Source of the DNA: an uncultured beta proteobacterium
GTDB taxonomy: Bacteria; Pseudomonadota; Gammaproteobacteria; Burkholderiales; Burkholderiaceae_C
Length of the DNA stretch: 64,000 nucleotides
Direction of reading: 5' to 3'
NCBI GenBank assembly: GCA_903930255.1
Contig: CAIYYA010000036.1
Location: 6,981 to 70,980, forward strand
Part shown: in pieces, positions 20,302-28,936 of the stretch
How positions within the stretch are numbered: position 1 is the first letter of the stretch
Layout of the letters: each line of letters begins with the position of its first letter
Made by a program: the position numbers and the translations under genes
The notes under the pieces: generated by a model
Seen by the model: only the letters and a program-made list of their open reading frames with translations
Databases searched by the model: none
What the model was told of the DNA's origin: nothing

Positions 20302-20353
20302 TATTCGGCTCCAGTGCTTACCGGTTGGGCGCGAGCAGCTATCAAATTTCAGT
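20301..20353 (-). repeat. Family A element (intergenic)
   Basis: Reverse complement gactg aaatttg atagc tgctcgcgc ccaaccggt aagcactgg agcc. Confidence 0.7.
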
Positions 20354-20702
20354 CGCCCCAGACCTCGCGCGCCGTTTCAATCACCAGCTTAAGCTTGGCG
20401 CGCTGCGCTTCCACCGCGATGTCGTTACCGTGAACAGTGCTGCTAAAGCCACATTGCGGCGACAAGGCCAGTTGCTCCAGCGGTGCATATCGGGCGGCTT
20501 CGTCAATGCGGCGCTTCAGATCATCCTTGGACTCCAGTGCGCCAAATTTGGTGGTGACCAGACCCAGCACCACGGTTTTGCCTTTGGGCAGGTAGCGCAG
20601 CGGCTTGAAATCGCCACTGCGATCGTCGTCGTACTCCATGAAATAGGCATCCAGATTCATCTCTTTGAGCAGCGCCTCAGCCACTGGCTCATAGTTGCCA
20701 CT
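20349..20702 (-). pseudogene. Duplicated 3' end (354 bp) of the MetE-like gene at 25346-26455
   Basis: Direct repeat of 25346-25699 encoding an identical peptide, with about 15 synonymous differences; cut abruptly at the IS remnant. Confidence 0.92.
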
Positions 20703-21322
20703 CTGCTGGAGAAATTACGCATTGAGCAGACCAAATCGCGTTCGCGCCACAGCAACGATAACGCCCTGGCCGAGAGAAAGAATGCCAGTGTCGTCAGGAA
20801 GCACATGGCCTACAGCCACATTCCACAGAAGTACGCCCGCCGATCAATACGTTCTATCAGGAGGTGTTCAATCCGTGGCTCAATTTGCATCGACCCTGCA
20901 TGTTCGCCACCGAGACCATCTCACCCAAGGGCAAGGTCGTCAAGCACTACCGCACCCAAAACGTGAAGACACCTCTGGCATGTCTTGCGCAACTGGCAGT
21001 GAAAAATCTGGTCGGTTTCAAGGCGGGGGTTACCTTGACTGGTTTGCTGGCTCAAACCGATCTGGCTGCAGCCCAGGCGATGCAAAAAGCCAAGGCAGAG
21101 TTGTTTGCAATGTTCAACAAACCAAAAGTTAAACTGCGGCTTTGAACCTGCTACGACCAAAAACCGGGGGGGTGCCTCCGGCGGCCTGGCAGGGGCCAAT
21201 TCATTTAAAAAATCTGAAGACAAACCCCAAGCCCTTAAACTTCTACTTTTAACTAGGTCAACCCGCACACCGAGCTTTACTCCATCAGCCTTGCTCCAGG
21301 CTCATTGACGGATTGGAAAATA
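20703..21322 (+). mobile_element. Truncated, frameshifted insertion sequence (integrase-core/DDE-type transposase 3' part plus probable terminus)
   Basis: TKSRSRHSNDNALAE.KNASVVRKH..YSHIP, frameshift near 20838, then FNPWLNLHRPC...TP. Ends near caggctcattgacggattggaaaatac. Confidence 0.75.
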
Positions 21323-21326
21323 CCAT

Positions 21327-22328
21327 ATGACCACCCCTTTCCCATCGCTGCTTTTTGGCGAGAGCGATTCCGCCAGGCAGACCGACTACAAGGTTTTGGG
21401 GGACCGCATGAATCTGGTCTATCCTGGGGTCAATGCCTACGATCCGATTGGCAGTCCAAGCGACTTCAGCAGCAAAATGAATACCTTGAAACTGCCGGCT
21501 ATGCAGGCGGTAGCGGTCGTCATGTCCCCTTCCTATATCGACCGGTCTTCGACCCAATGCGCAACGCTGAAGCTTCCCATCGCCGGTGAATTCAACTGTT
21601 TCCTGGACGGTCGATCCCATCTGTGTGGTGCAGGTCTGGGTGGCATGTACTTTCCGCAAGGCAGTGGCCGCGTCAAGGGCAATGGTGGCACCTGCAGTCA
21701 GATCTCGCTTCAGTTTGACCCTCTGCTGCTCGAAAAAACGGCGCGCGCCATGCTTGGCCTGGCTGGCCGTGCCACGCTTGACCTGCAATTGCAGAACCCA
21801 CGCGTTGTCCCTCTGGTGCTGGCTGGCCAGCCGTTTAACTGTGTCTTGCAACAAGTCGGCGCGTTCATCGACCTCTATCAACGCGATGCCAAGGTATTAA
21901 CCCAATTGGGCCTGCAGGACATGCTCTACCGTCACATCGCCATGATGTTGCGTCCCGAAGCCTTTCTGCCCCAGGCTGGCCGCCTGCGCACCTCCGCCGA
22001 CAGTGCAACGCTGGTTGCGCAGCTTTGCGACTACATGCGCGCGCACCTGGAGTCAGGCCTGACGCTGACCGATCTGGAAGCCTTCAGCGGCTTGTCAGCG
22101 CGCAGCCTGCAACTGGCCTTTAAAAAACATACCGGGTGCAGCCCGATGCAGTGGCTCACCGTGCAAAAGCTGCACGCCATTCGCGCCAAACTCACCAATG
22201 CAGATGCCTCTGAATCGGTGACTTCCCTGGCGGTGGCCTATTTCCCAAATTTGGGTGACTTTGCGCGCTACTACCGGCGCCAATTTGGCGAGCTACCTTC
22301 GCAAACCCGCGCCCGCCGGTTGCACTGA
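21327..22328 (+). CDS. AraC family transcriptional regulator (paralog 2)
   Basis: Full-length homolog of 10629-11663 with a nearly identical HTH region. Confidence 0.92.
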   Translation: MTTPFPSLLFGESDSARQTDYKVLGDRMNLVYPGVNAYDPIGSPSDFSSKMNTLKLPAMQAVAVVMSPSYIDRSSTQCATLKLPIAGEFNCFLDGRSHLCGAGLGGMYFPQGSGRVKGNGGTCSQISLQFDPLLLEKTARAMLGLAGRATLDLQLQNPRVVPLVLAGQPFNCVLQQVGAFIDLYQRDAKVLTQLGLQDMLYRHIAMMLRPEAFLPQAGRLRTSADSATLVAQLCDYMRAHLESGLTLTDLEAFSGLSARSLQLAFKKHTGCSPMQWLTVQKLHAIRAKLTNADASESVTSLAVAYFPNLGDFARYYRRQFGELPSQTRARRLH

Positions 22329-22539
22329 ACAGAGCAGCCTTCCCGCGCGGCTGATCGACTGAGTTCTGTCGAGATTGCGAAAAATCCAGTCAAAAATAAT
22401 CCCGAGCAGATTGCGTGATTTCGGTTTTCCAAATCCGGGGCGCTCTTTATAGTGCGTTACGCTCATTCGCCGATGTTTGTCGCGCGCGATCGATTCAACA
22501 CCCTGCGTATCAGTTTTACACCTTCACAACTCGTACCGT

Positions 22540-24108
22540 ATGCGCAACAACCAACCCGTCAGCGGCACCGAATACACCCTGCGCGACGACCAGTCACCCA
22601 TATCGCGCACCGATCTGCAAGGCAATATCACCTTTGCCAATGCCGACTTCATCGAAGCCAGTGGCTATTCTGAGGATGAACTGGTGGGCCAGCCGCACAA
22701 CATGGTGCGCCACCCCGACATGCCGGTTGAGGCCTTTGCCGACCTCTGGAACTACCTGCTGGCCGGTCGCTCCTGGACGGGCATGGTGAAAAACCGACGC
22801 AAGAACGGCGATTTTTATTGGGTGCTTTCCAACACCTCACCGATGTGGGAAAACGGCCAGATGGTGGGCTTTGCTTCGGTCCGCATGAAGCCCCCGCGCG
22901 ATGCCATCGCCCCCACCGATGCCCTCTACCAGCGCTTTCGCACAGGTAAGGCGCGGGGTTTGCGCATCGAGCGTGGCCAGGTGGTGCGCACCGGCTTACG
23001 GGGGCAATTTGACCAGCTCATGCACCCCGGCATCCGGGGGCGACTGATGTATCTGATGTTATTGGCCTCGAGCATCATTGGCGCGGTTGGCGTGGTCGGC
23101 TTATCGGTAATGAGCACGGATGCCCAAAGAATGCCGCTTATCACCGGTGTGCTGGTCGGTATTGGCGTATTGCTGAGTGTGGGCTGGCAGCTCCAGCGCG
23201 CTATTACTGACCCGATCAACCAGGCGGTCGCGATTTCCAAACAAATTGCGACAGGCAACCTGGCTAACCAGATTAACAACTCTGGCAACGACGAGGTGGG
23301 GCAATTGATGCAATCCTTGTTTGCCATGCAAAGAGCCCTGGCGTCTATGGCCCACACGGTGCTTGCCAGTGCCCATTCGGTCAGCGGTGAGGCCAACGGC
23401 ATCAGCCAAAGCAATGAGGCCTTGGCTGGGCGCACCGAACAGCAAGCCTCGTCACTCCAAGAGACGGCCTCCAATATGGAAGAAGTCTCTGCCACGGTCA
23501 AACACAACATTCACAACGCCATTGCAGCCAACGATCTTGTGCAAGAGGCTGGCACCGTTGTCAGCGCAGGTGGGGCGGCCATGGACAAGGTGGTGGGCAC
23601 GATGGACACCATTGCCCGCAGCTCACGCAAGATCACCGACATCATTGGCGTGATAGATGGCATTGCCTTTCAGACCAACATCCTGGCCTTGAACGCTGCC
23701 GTGGAGGCTGCCCGCGCCGGCGAGCAAGGGCGCGGCTTTGCCGTGGTGGCCAGTGAAGTGCGCAGTCTGGCCGGGCGCAGCGCGGCTGCCGCCAAAGAAA
23801 TCAAAGGTTTGATCGACGACTCGGTGCATCAGGTGAAAAATGGGCTGGTCCAAGTAAGCGATGCCCGAAAAACCATCGACTCATCAATCGATGCGGTGCA
23901 GCGGGTGGCCACATTGATGGCCGAGATTTCACACTCGTCAATCGAACAAGGCAAGGCCATCGACCGGGTGGCGGTCTTGATTGTGGAAATCGACCAAGCC
24001 ACCCAGCTCAACGTGCCCATGGCCGAGAGTGCGGCTCAGTCGGCGCGTGCGCTCGAAGAGCAGGGGCGCGATTTGCTGCGCACCGCCGGCGTGTTCCGCT
24101 TGCACTGA
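22540..24108 (+). CDS. aer: PAS-domain methyl-accepting chemotaxis protein (Aer-like)
   Basis: MRNNQPV...SRTDLQG.I...HNMVRHPDMP...KNRRKNGDFYWV PAS; HAMP; IAFQTNILALNAAVEAARAGEQGRGFAVVA. Confidence 0.9.
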   Translation: MRNNQPVSGTEYTLRDDQSPISRTDLQGNITFANADFIEASGYSEDELVGQPHNMVRHPDMPVEAFADLWNYLLAGRSWTGMVKNRRKNGDFYWVLSNTSPMWENGQMVGFASVRMKPPRDAIAPTDALYQRFRTGKARGLRIERGQVVRTGLRGQFDQLMHPGIRGRLMYLMLLASSIIGAVGVVGLSVMSTDAQRMPLITGVLVGIGVLLSVGWQLQRAITDPINQAVAISKQIATGNLANQINNSGNDEVGQLMQSLFAMQRALASMAHTVLASAHSVSGEANGISQSNEALAGRTEQQASSLQETASNMEEVSATVKHNIHNAIAANDLVQEAGTVVSAGGAAMDKVVGTMDTIARSSRKITDIIGVIDGIAFQTNILALNAAVEAARAGEQGRGFAVVASEVRSLAGRSAAAAKEIKGLIDDSVHQVKNGLVQVSDARKTIDSSIDAVQRVATLMAEISHSSIEQGKAIDRVAVLIVEIDQATQLNVPMAESAAQSARALEEQGRDLLRTAGVFRLH

Positions 24109-24123
24109 CCCCCTGTCCCCCTG

Positions 24124-25254
24124 ATGCAAGCATTTCAATGGAACCCCTGTTTCGCGACTGGTCTTGCCGACGTTGACGAGCAACACCAGCGGCTGGTCGA
24201 TCTCATCAATCGCTTTGGCTCGTTGGTGATGCGTGAGGATGGTGCGTCCACCATCGAGCTGGAAGCGGTGTTTGCCGAGCTGGCGCATTACGCCCAGTAC
24301 CACTTTTCTGAAGAAGAGGCCTTGATGGCGGCTAGCGGGTTGACGCCGCACTACATCGTCAACCACCAGGCAAAACACCACCATTTCTTGGCCAACGTCA
24401 CCCTTCTCTATAAGGGCATTACCACCGACAACCACGCTGCGGCCAAAAGGCTACTGGAGTTTTTGACCAATTGGCTGGCTTACCATATTCTGGGAACTGA
24501 TCACTTCATGGCCAGGCAAATTGCCCTGATCCAATCTGGCAGCCCAACGCAAGACGCAGACCCTGCAGATAAACGAAGCCAGGATCCCGCCAAAGATGCC
24601 TTGCTGACGGCACTCAATGGTTTGTTTCAGCAGGTCTCAGACCGCAATCGTGAACTGGTTCAATTAAACAAATCGCTGGAGGCACGGGTGTTGGAGCGCA
24701 CACAAGCCTTGACCGAGCGCACGCAGGCGCTCAGGGATGCCAACCAGCAACTCGACGACATTGCCAACACCGATGCGCTAACGCATTTACCCAACCGGCG
24801 CCACGCTATGCGCAGCTTTGGTCGGGCCTGGGTCGAGGCCGTGAACAGCGACCTTGCGCTGGCTTGCCTGATGGTCGATGCAGATGACTTCAAGCAAATC
24901 AATGACACCCACGGCCATGATGCGGGCGATGCTGTGCTGCAAGCACTGGCCAGACAGTTGCGTCATGCCGTACGCACCGATGATCTGGTGTGTCGCTTGG
25001 GCGGCGACGAATTTTTGATTATTTTTGTAGAAACCCCGCTCGATGGTGTCTTGCAGTTGGCCGAAAAGATCCGCGCCGAGGTTGCGGCACTTCGGGTCGG
25101 CGTGGGCGCCGGTGTCTGGAGCGGCAGCATCAGCGTAGGCGTGGCGGTGCGCACGGCAGAGATGAAGAGCATGGACGATTTGCTCAAGGCCGCAGATTTG
25201 GGGGTTTATGCCGCCAAGCGTCGGGGTCGCAATTGTGTTGCCGTGGTCGCTTAA
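24124..25254 (+). CDS. Bacteriohemerythrin-GGDEF diguanylate cyclase
   Basis: VDEQH, HFSEEEALM, H...HHHF, WLAYHILGTD hemerythrin ligands; RTDD I-site and intact GGDEF. Confidence 0.92.
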   Translation: MQAFQWNPCFATGLADVDEQHQRLVDLINRFGSLVMREDGASTIELEAVFAELAHYAQYHFSEEEALMAASGLTPHYIVNHQAKHHHFLANVTLLYKGITTDNHAAAKRLLEFLTNWLAYHILGTDHFMARQIALIQSGSPTQDADPADKRSQDPAKDALLTALNGLFQQVSDRNRELVQLNKSLEARVLERTQALTERTQALRDANQQLDDIANTDALTHLPNRRHAMRSFGRAWVEAVNSDLALACLMVDADDFKQINDTHGHDAGDAVLQALARQLRHAVRTDDLVCRLGGDEFLIIFVETPLDGVLQLAEKIRAEVAALRVGVGAGVWSGSISVGVAVRTAEMKSMDDLLKAADLGVYAAKRRGRNCVAVVA

Positions 25255-25260
25255 AAAGTT

Positions 25261-25318
25261 AACATTTTTATGCTCTAAGGCTTGTCAAACAAGCGCAAGC
25301 AGCTATAAAAAACATATT
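25261..25318 (-). repeat. Family A element (intergenic, between convergent genes)
   Basis: Reverse complement aatat gtttttt atagc tgcttgcgc ttgtttgac aagccttag agc. Confidence 0.75.
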
Positions 25319-25345
25319 TGTTTTTTATAGCTACAGTGATCAATT

Positions 25346-26455
25346 TCAGTCGCCCCACACCTCGCGCGCCGTTTCAATCACCAGCTTAAGCTTGGCACGC
25401 TGCGCTTCGACGGCAATGTCGTTGCCGTGCACGGTGCTGCTAAAGCCACACTGCGGCGACAAGGCCAGTTGCTCCAGTGGTGCGTAGCGGGCGGCTTCGT
25501 CAATGCGGCGTTTCAGATCATCCTTGGACTCCAGTGCGCCAAATTTGGTGGTGACCAGACCCAGCACCACGGTTTTGCCTTTGGGCAGGTAGCGCAGCGG
25601 CTTGAAATCGCCACTGCGGTCATCGTCGTACTCCATGAAATAGGCATCCAGATTCATCTCTTTGAGCAGCGCCTCAGCCACTGGCTCATAGTTGCCACTG
25701 GCAGCATGGGTGCTTTTGAAGTTGCCCCGGCACAGGTGCATGGCCAGCAACATGCCTGGCGGCTTTTGTGCCACCACCAGGTTAATGAACTTGGCGTAGC
25801 GGTGAGGCAACTCGTTGGGGTCGTCACCGCGCTGACGTGCCGCTTCGCGCATTTTTTCATCGCACAAATAGGCCAGGTTGGTGTCATCCATCTGCACATA
25901 GGTGCAACCCGCAGCAGCCAGACTGCGCAGCTCGTCCCCATAGGCATTGGCCACATCCTGATAAAAATCAGGCTCGAGCTCGGGATAGTGTTGGGCGCTG
26001 ATGCCGGCGCGACCACCGCGAAAGTGCAGCATGGTGGGCGATGGAATCGTCACCTTGGGGGTATTACCCGGGGCAACCTGACTTTTCAGGTACTGAAAAT
26101 CGGCCAACTGGATGTCTTTGAGGTGACGAACTTTGTCGATGACGCGCATCACCGGCGGTGCCAGCTCTTGCGTGCCATCGGGTTTGGTGATGGTGACCGG
26201 AATATCGGTCTTGACGCCGCCAATCTGCTCCAGAAAATCAACGTGAAAATAGGTGCGACGGAACTCGCCATCAGTGATGCTTTTCAGGCCCACATCTTGC
26301 TGAAACTGCACGATCTCGCTGATGGCCTTGTCTTCTACCAGGCGCAATTGCTCGGGCGTGATGACACCCGCGGCTTTTTGCTCACGCGCTTCAAGCAAAA
26401 ATTTGGGGCGCAAAAAGCTGCCCACATGATCGTAATGGGCGGGAAGTTGGGTCAT
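25346..26455 (-). CDS. Single-barrel cobalamin-independent methionine synthase II family protein
   Basis: DHVGSFLRP, TDGEFRR, HLCRGN, FMEYD, LSPQCGF (Zn ligands); 369 aa. Confidence 0.9.
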   Translation of the reverse strand: MTQLPAHYDHVGSFLRPKFLLEAREQKAAGVITPEQLRLVEDKAISEIVQFQQDVGLKSITDGEFRRTYFHVDFLEQIGGVKTDIPVTITKPDGTQELAPPVMRVIDKVRHLKDIQLADFQYLKSQVAPGNTPKVTIPSPTMLHFRGGRAGISAQHYPELEPDFYQDVANAYGDELRSLAAAGCTYVQMDDTNLAYLCDEKMREAARQRGDDPNELPHRYAKFINLVVAQKPPGMLLAMHLCRGNFKSTHAASGNYEPVAEALLKEMNLDAYFMEYDDDRSGDFKPLRYLPKGKTVVLGLVTTKFGALESKDDLKRRIDEAARYAPLEQLALSPQCGFSSTVHGNDIAVEAQRAKLKLVIETAREVWGD

Positions 26456-26542
26456 GCTGTCTCCTTTGGATGAAATGTTGGGATCCGGACAGGATTACAC
26501 TTGATTTCGCGCAATCGGCCAACACCAAAAGGCGATAAACCG

Positions 26543-26563
26543 GTTATTGCAAAGCGTTATAAC
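26543..26563. promoter_or_regulatory. Palindrome GTTAT-N11-ATAAC, candidate LysR site
   Basis: Perfect 5 bp arms with T-N11-A, in a divergent intergenic region. Confidence 0.45.
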
Positions 26564-26665
26564 AAAGAGTCAGGAATCTCTATTGCGAGCAGTTGTGTTT
26601 AGCGGCACATTAGCTAAAAATTCACGATTCCTTCACTTACCCGTGTACCCACCTGGAGACAAGCC

Positions 26666-27835
26666 ATGCAAAAAAGATACTTCCTTCACGCTACAGCGCT
26701 TGCTGTACTTGCGTTGTCAGCTACTTATTCAATAGCGCAAAACAACAACTTCAAGATCGGCCTGATTCTGCCCATGACCGGCCAGCAAGCCAGCACCGGT
26801 CGGCAAATTGAAGCCGCAGCCAAGTTGTATATGGCACAAAACGGCGACACCGTGGCGGGTCGCAAAGTGGAGCTGATCGTCAAGGACGACACCAGCATCC
26901 CGGATGTCACCAAACGTATCGCCCAAGAGTTGGTGGTGAACGACAAAGTCAACGTGCTGGCTGGCTTTGGCATCACCCCTTCGGCATTGGCAACCGCCCC
27001 GATTGCCACACAGTCGAAAACACCGCAGGTGGTGATGGCTGCTGCCACCAGCAGCATCACCTTGGCTTCTCCTTACATTGTGCGCACCAGTTTTACCCTG
27101 CCACAAGCGTCGGTTGCGTTGGCTGATTGGGCGCCTAAAAACGGCATCAAAACCGTGGTCACGCTGGTGAGCGACTATGGTCCGGGCATTGACGCTGAAA
27201 AGTTTTTCAAAGAACGTCTGTTGTTTAACGGCGGGCAAGTGCCTGAGTCGCTGCGCGTGCCCCTGCGCAACCCTGACTTCGCACCGTTTTTGCAGAAAGT
27301 GCGCGACCTCAAACCCGATGCGCTGTTTGTCTTTGTGCCCTCTGGCGCAGGTGCAGCCGTGATGAAGCAGTTTCTTGAGCGTGGTATGGACAAGGCAGGC
27401 ATCAAGCTGATCGGAACCGGCGATGTGACCGATGACGATCAACTCAACGGCATGGGAGACGGTGCTTTGGGTGTGGTGACCTCACACCACTACTCCGCTG
27501 CCCACCCTTCAGCGGTCAACAAGAAATTCGTTGAGGCTTTTCAGAAAGCCAACCCCGGTATGCGCCCCAACTTCATGGCCATGGGTGGCTACGATGGTAT
27601 GCGTGTGATTTATGAAGCACTGCGCGCCACCAAAGGCAAGGGCAATGGCGATGAACTATTGGCTGCCATGAAGGGTCAGATTTTTGAGAGCCCGCGTGGC
27701 CCGATGTTCATCGACGCGCAAACCCGCGACGTGGTGCAAAACATTTACTTGCGCAAGGTCGAAAAGAAAGACGGCCAGTTGTACAACATCGAGTTTGACG
27801 TCATCAAAGACGTGAAAGACCCTGGTAAAAAATAA
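26666..27835 (+). CDS. Liv-type ABC transporter substrate-binding protein (likely aromatic-acid type)
   Basis: KIGLILPMTG, ELIVKDD, VRTSFT, SPRGP motifs; signal peptide. Confidence 0.88.
   Translation: MQKRYFLHATALAVLALSATYSIAQNNNFKIGLILPMTGQQASTGRQIEAAAKLYMAQNGDTVAGRKVELIVKDDTSIPDVTKRIAQELVVNDKVNVLAGFGITPSALATAPIATQSKTPQVVMAAATSSITLASPYIVRTSFTLPQASVALADWAPKNGIKTVVTLVSDYGPGIDAEKFFKERLLFNGGQVPESLRVPLRNPDFAPFLQKVRDLKPDALFVFVPSGAGAAVMKQFLERGMDKAGIKLIGTGDVTDDDQLNGMGDGALGVVTSHHYSAAHPSAVNKKFVEAFQKANPGMRPNFMAMGGYDGMRVIYEALRATKGKGNGDELLAAMKGQIFESPRGPMFIDAQTRDVVQNIYLRKVEKKDGQLYNIEFDVIKDVKDPGKK
26680..26736 (-). repeat. Family A element in-frame in a signal-peptide coding region
   Basis: Reverse complement gctat tgaataa gtagc tgacaacgc aagtacagc aagcgctgt agc. 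Confidence 0.7.
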
Positions 27836-27844
27836 TAAGTCGAG

Positions 27845-28017
27845 CACCCAAGCTACGCCTTGTGAATTAGCAGGCGTAGTTGGGTGTGGTGATTGGGTGA
27901 TGCGACCGGGCTTTGGTGTGAAAGGTGCGCGGTAGCGGTGTTGGTCGCTGCACAACGGTCAACGCGCGTGATTTCATACCAAAACCGCTCGCGCATGACC
28001 CGATCGCCGCGCCCAAC
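27845..28017 (+). other. Intercistronic structured element: short hairpin overlapping a long G-U-rich stem
   Basis: cacccaagctacgcct/aggcgtagttgggtg hairpin; 27879-27923 pairs with 27972-28017. Confidence 0.65.
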
Positions 28018-28063
28018 GGCATGCAAGAAACATCCATCGCGACGGTAGACCAACTAAACCAAC

Positions 28064-28936
28064 ATGCTGACCATTCTTTTTGACGGTATCGCCTACGGCA
28101 TGCTGCTGTTCATCCTGGCAGTGGGCTTGGCTGTGACCATGGGGTTGATGAACTTCATCAACCTGGCGCACGGCGCCTTTGCCATGGTGGGGGGCTACGT
28201 GACCGTGCTGCTGATGCAAAAGCTCGATGTGCCGTTTTTGCTGTGTCTGCCGCTGGCTTTTATCAGCTCGGCAGTGCTCGGTGGTTTGCTCGAGCGCACA
28301 CTGTATCGCCCGCTGTACCACAAGCCGCACTTGGATCAGGTGCTGTTTTCGATTGGCCTGACCTTTATGGCCGTGGCCAGTGCCGACTACTTTATTGGCT
28401 CAAGCCAGCAAATTATTCAGCTACCCGAGTGGCTCAAGGGCCGCACCGAACTGGGCGAAGGAAGCTGGATGCTGGGCATGGGGCACTACCGCCTGTTCAT
28501 CATCGTGGTCTGTGCCGGGCTAACTTTGGCACTGCAATATGTACTGACAAAAACCCGCTTTGGCAGCCAGTTGCGCGCATCCGTGGATGACCAGCGCGTG
28601 GCAGCTGGCTTGGGCATCAATGTGAACATGGTCTTTCTGGGGACGTTTGCGGTTGGCTCCGGGCTGGCCGGGCTGGGCGGGGCACTGGGTGCCGAAGTGC
28701 TGGGGCTGGATCCGAGCTTTCCGCTCAAATTCATGATTTACTTTTTGATCGTGGTTGCCGTGGGGGGCACGTCCAGCATCACTGGGCCGCTGTTGGCGGC
28801 CCTGCTGCTGGGCATTGCCGATGTAGCGGGCAAATACTACATCCCCAAACTCGGCGGTTTTATTGTCTATAGCTTGATGATCCTGATTTTGATATGGCGT
28901 CCACAAGGCCTGTTTGTGCGCAAGGGGGGCAAGTGA
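28064..28936 (+). CDS. livH: Liv-type ABC permease (LivH-like)
   Basis: GLMNFINLAHG, TRFG..LRA, GLAGLGG. Confidence 0.88.
   Translation: MLTILFDGIAYGMLLFILAVGLAVTMGLMNFINLAHGAFAMVGGYVTVLLMQKLDVPFLLCLPLAFISSAVLGGLLERTLYRPLYHKPHLDQVLFSIGLTFMAVASADYFIGSSQQIIQLPEWLKGRTELGEGSWMLGMGHYRLFIIVVCAGLTLALQYVLTKTRFGSQLRASVDDQRVAAGLGINVNMVFLGTFAVGSGLAGLGGALGAEVLGLDPSFPLKFMIYFLIVVAVGGTSSITGPLLAALLLGIADVAGKYYIPKLGGFIVYSLMILILIWRPQGLFVRKGGK

Noticed and set aside
20295-20966. 223 aa ORF as a real fusion protein
   Set aside because: Chance read-through from the antisense MetE duplicate into the transposase remnant.
25427-26473. 348 aa plus-strand ORF
   Set aside because: Antisense shadow of the MetE-like gene; no recognisable motifs.
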